A stretch of DNA of 32,000 bases, taken from the NCBI GenBank assembly GCA_028700905.1, contig JAQVRT010000001.1:1-32000 (forward strand). Direction: 5' to 3'. The notes under the pieces are model-generated. The model searched no databases. It saw only the letters and a program-made list of their open reading frames with translations, and was not told where the DNA came from. The DNA comes from Candidatus Iainarchaeum sp. Its GTDB lineage: Archaea; Iainarchaeota; Iainarchaeia; Iainarchaeales; CSSED10-239. This document shows positions 29,069 through 32,000 of the stretch, in pieces; the stretch's first letter is position 1; each line of letters begins with the position of its first letter. The position numbers were made by a program, and so were the translations under genes.

Positions 29069-32000
29069 ATGAACTATAAATATTTTTTTGTATTTTTATT
29101 AGTAGTTTTATTTTCATCAATGGTATTTTCATACACAATTGGTTTTGATTATGCAGAAGTTAGAACTACAAGTTATCCTAACTATCTTAATTATCAATAC
29201 GCTCATTATTATGATAATATTGATTTAAGATATGGAGTTTATGGGAATGGAATTTCTTCTCCAGTAACAGTTATAGTTTCTCCAAAAGTATATGGAATAA
29301 CAACAACTGGTCAAAGAGTTTTTGTTCACAATATCCAAACTCACTCTTTTATAATGAACCCTTCTTCTTTTTATACTTATAGTTATAATCCAATGTTTTC
29401 TTTTGATCCTGCATATCAAAGTTATGAAGTTGTTTTAGATCTTCAAAGTTCAGATGGTTCTTTTAATAACTCTGTAAGTAGATATGTTTATTCTCAAGGA
29501 ACTAATCCAAACCCTACAGGAGATGATCCTACAGGAGATGATCCTAATGTTGTTAGTTGTGATGATTTTTATGTTTCAGGAATGGAAAATATTTATTTAG
29601 ATGAAGATTCAAGAGAATATTATAATCTTTATTTAGTAAATTCAGTTGACTTACCACTTACAATTACTTCAGTTACAGTTTCTCCAGAGAATCCTAGTAA
29701 CTTAGAAATTGAAGATATTACTTATCCTTTTACAGTTTCTGCTCTTCAAACAAGAAGTGCACAAATTGAACTTTTTACAGATACTGTTTCTTCTGATTAT
29801 TCAAATAGTTTTCAAATAGAAGTTAAAGGTAAATATGATAATTCTTTAACTTGTGAAAAAACATATAATGTAAATTATAGAATACTAGATGCTGAACTTG
29901 AAAATAATGGTTCTTGTAGTGATATAAGAATTTTAGATGATTATTTTACAATGAGTGATAATTCTTCTAAAACTTTTGAAATTGAAGTTTCAAATGCTTC
30001 TCAAGATTATTATTTTGAAGTTGATGATATTGATTTAGATACTACAAATGATTCAATAATTGAAGCTAATGTTAGAAACACAATTGATAAAATTTATACT
30101 GATTCTTCTAAGTTTTTAAAAATAAATGTATCTTCAGATGACACTTCTTTTTACAGAACTGAAAAAATAGATTTAGAATTAACAGGTTATTTAAAAAGAG
30201 AAAACAGAGAAGATAAAAAATGTAGAATTAGAGAAGAAGTTTCAATTAGAGTTTCTCCTGATTCATCAACTGGTAATACTTCAAACGAATGTGATGATAT
30301 AAAAATATATACCAGAGATGTCTTCCAAGATTCTCAAGTTACAAAAAATTACTCTCTTCAAGATGGTTTTTATATTTATAATGGAACTAATAAAAAATTC
30401 ACTGTGTCTGGTATTAATTATAAAGACAATACTATGTATGCAGATATTTTTTCAAAATCTTTTGATTATACTCTTTATCCTAGATCTTCTAATGCTTTAA
30501 ATTTTGATATAAGAACAAGTGAAGTTTCAGAAAATAAACTTTCAAATGCAGAAATTTCTATTCAAGGATATTTTGAAGGTGGACTTTCTTGTAGTTATTC
30601 AGATGTAACTTCAAATTTTAATTTAACTATAAGAGAAGAAAACGATCTTTGTTCAAATGTAGGTATTTATGATGGTAGCTTTGTTGAGGGTGAAAATTAT
30701 TTTACAGTTTATAATAATACTAATAAAGACTTTACTGTAAATGATATTATTTCTCAAAATTCAGTTAACTCAAATGTAGGTGTAATTGATTCTTCTTTTA
30801 AAGTTTTAAAAAATTCACAAAAAACTTTTAGAGTAGGTTCTTCAGGAAATGGTAGTTTTGAGCTTTTAGCTAAAGGTATTTTTTCAGATGGTACTTCTTG
30901 TGACTATACTCAAACAAGTAGTGGTTATTTTAATAGCGACTCTGGTTATGATTTTTCAGATACTTCTTGTGAATTTGAATTTAATTATCCAAATGTAAAA
31001 TATATTTCTTTAAATGGAGATTCTCTAAATTTTGATTTTAGAAACTTAACTGGTAAATCTGGTGAGATTAGACTTTCAGCAGTTGGAGCAGTTATTGAAG
31101 ATCCAATTATTAAGTTTTCTTCATATGCATCTTTTAATAAAGAAATAGATCTTTTAAATATTAAAAATCCAAAAATGGTTCTTTATACAATTGAAATTTA
31201 TGGTTGTTCTAAAAAATCATATTTTACAAATCTTTATCCTTTAGAAAATCCTATTCAAGGAGAAGTTTCATTTTTAACATATCCTAGTAATTTAGTTTCA
31301 ACAAAAGATAAGTTTATAAGTTCTTTTTCACTTAAAAACTCAAGTGGAGTTTCAGAAGATGTTGAAATTAAATTTTCAGGATTTACAAATGCATTTAATT
31401 TTGTATCTTCTCCTTATCCATTAAACCCAAATACTTTTTCATCTTCAGATAATATTTCAACAGTTACAATAAATCCAAACTCTACAAAGAATATTTATTT
31501 TGGAGTTAGTGTTTTAGAAGATGCTGAATATAAAAAATATAATGGATATATAGAAGTATATAGTAACAATAAATTATTATTTAAAGAACCTTTATCAATA
31601 GATAGATCAATTACTACAGATAATTTATTAGTAAATACTGTGGTTGAAAAAACATCTGTTAAAAATACTGTTCTTTTAACTTTTACTTTTGAAAATAAAT
31701 TACCTGACCTTACAAGAGAACTTTATTTATCTTTTGAAGATGAGAATAATTTTCAAGTAGATGGTAATAGAAATATATCTGTTGAACCATTAAGTGTTCT
31801 TGAAAGGAGCTTTACTATTGAATATAATGAGGGTTCTTTGTTTAAGTATAATTTAATTGATCAAGATAATTCTTCTCTTGCATATTCAGGAGAAGTGGAT
31901 TTAAAAGAAGTTGATGATTCTTCAAATCTTTTGTCTGGATTTTTTACTCTTTCAGATACAAAAGGATTTATATTTGGAATTGTTCTTATATTACTTATAG
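29069..32000 (+). CDS. Large surface protein (at least 977 aa, 3' end beyond the window), absent from the ORF track
   Basis: I checked every codon from ATG 29069 to 31999 and found no in-frame stop. It has a signal peptide MNYKYFFVFLLVVLFSSMVFS and a Tyr-rich N-terminal region. Ten Cys form five regularly spaced pairs. There are about 19 N-x-S/T sequons. The hydrophobic tail GFIFGIVLILLI lies at the window edge. Confidence 0.85.
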   Translation, partial: MNYKYFFVFLLVVLFSSMVFSYTIGFDYAEVRTTSYPNYLNYQYAHYYDNIDLRYGVYGNGISSPVTVIVSPKVYGITTTGQRVFVHNIQTHSFIMNPSSFYTYSYNPMFSFDPAYQSYEVVLDLQSSDGSFNNSVSRYVYSQGTNPNPTGDDPTGDDPNVVSCDDFYVSGMENIYLDEDSREYYNLYLVNSVDLPLTITSVTVSPENPSNLEIEDITYPFTVSALQTRSAQIELFTDTVSSDYSNSFQIEVKGKYDNSLTCEKTYNVNYRILDAELENNGSCSDIRILDDYFTMSDNSSKTFEIEVSNASQDYYFEVDDIDLDTTNDSIIEANVRNTIDKIYTDSSKFLKINVSSDDTSFYRTEKIDLELTGYLKRENREDKKCRIREEVSIRVSPDSSTGNTSNECDDIKIYTRDVFQDSQVTKNYSLQDGFYIYNGTNKKFTVSGINYKDNTMYADIFSKSFDYTLYPRSSNALNFDIRTSEVSENKLSNAEISIQGYFEGGLSCSYSDVTSNFNLTIREENDLCSNVGIYDGSFVEGENYFTVYNNTNKDFTVNDIISQNSVNSNVGVIDSSFKVLKNSQKTFRVGSSGNGSFELLAKGIFSDGTSCDYTQTSSGYFNSDSGYDFSDTSCEFEFNYPNVKYISLNGDSLNFDFRNLTGKSGEIRLSAVGAVIEDPIIKFSSYASFNKEIDLLNIKNPKMVLYTIEIYGCSKKSYFTNLYPLENPIQGEVSFLTYPSNLVSTKDKFISSFSLKNSSGVSEDVEIKFSGFTNAFNFVSSPYPLNPNTFSSSDNISTVTINPNSTKNIYFGVSVLEDAEYKKYNGYIEVYSNNKLLFKEPLSIDRSITTDNLLVNTVVEKTSVKNTVLLTFTFENKLPDLTRELYLSFEDENNFQVDGNRNISVEPLSVLERSFTIEYNEGSLFKYNLIDQDNSSLAYSGEVDLKEVDDSSNLLSGFFTLSDTKGFIFGIVLILLI
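29513..29542 (+). repeat. Perfect 15-nt tandem duplication (cctacaggagatgat x2) encoding PTGDD-PTGDD
   Basis: Read directly from the sequence. It lies in the linker between the Tyr-rich N-terminal region and the first Cys-bracketed module. Confidence 0.8.

Noticed and set aside
1211-30500. Remaining short track ORFs: 1211..1408, 2717..2911, 4806..5018, 5618..5857, 7459..7698, 16352..16552, 18563..18748, 29225..29419 and 30318..30500
   Set aside because: Each is nested in, or antisense to, a longer ORF with recognisable motifs, or is out of frame within one (16352, 18563, 30318). ORFs 29225 and 30318 lie inside the 977-codon surface-protein ORF. I treat them all as spurious.
1-32000. Search for mobile elements, reverse transcriptase/DGR, CRISPR arrays, tRNAs and defence islands
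   Set aside because: I saw no integrase, transposase or RT motifs, no template/variable repeat pairs, and no repeat-spacer arrays. The only cloverleaf-sized GC-rich island is the 5S rRNA. The only accessory-type module is the VapBC-like pair.

Overview
The window is very AT-rich and tightly packed, with many 1-11 nt overlaps or gaps between genes. It is clearly archaeal. It encodes TBP, Rpo4/F, ribosomal proteins L21e, S8e, L1, P0 and P1, AglB, an Sm protein, Hef/XPF, Cgi121 and a stand-alone 5S rRNA. The compaction, small proteins and gene set suggest a reduced DPANN-like archaeon, but this is inference and no search was run. Most of the window is housekeeping. This includes the L21e-RpoF-DUF655-KsgA operon, the L1-P0-P1 operon, enolase, thioredoxin, AMP phosphorylase, UppP, and an AglB-AglH-UbiA N-glycosylation block.

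I found no CRISPR array, tRNA, integrase, transposase or reverse transcriptase.

Five loci deserve a second look:
1. The 27.2-32.0 kb cell-surface locus. It holds an archaeosortase-like gene, an extremely Tyr-rich secreted protein, and an ORF of at least 977 codons that is missing from the supplied track because it runs off the window. That ORF is built from five Cys-bracketed modules and ends in a hydrophobic tail.
2. A tight 13.2-16.6 kb operon centred on a MinD ATPase that carries a bacterial-type C-terminal amphipathic membrane-targeting peptide. Upstream are two small proteins, one of them Roadblock/LC7-like. Downstream is a membrane protein with an almost E. coli-like MinD targeting motif.
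3. A Hef repair enzyme split into separate helicase and nuclease genes with a DUF5680-like gene between them. The helicase and an Nre-like protein elsewhere in the window both end in PIP-like boxes.
4. A second NYN-domain gene bracketed by a near-identical direct repeat with a GC-rich core.
5. A P0 stalk protein that lacks most of its P1-binding spine and its C-terminal tail.

All functional calls rest on motifs I recognised by eye. None has been confirmed by a database search.
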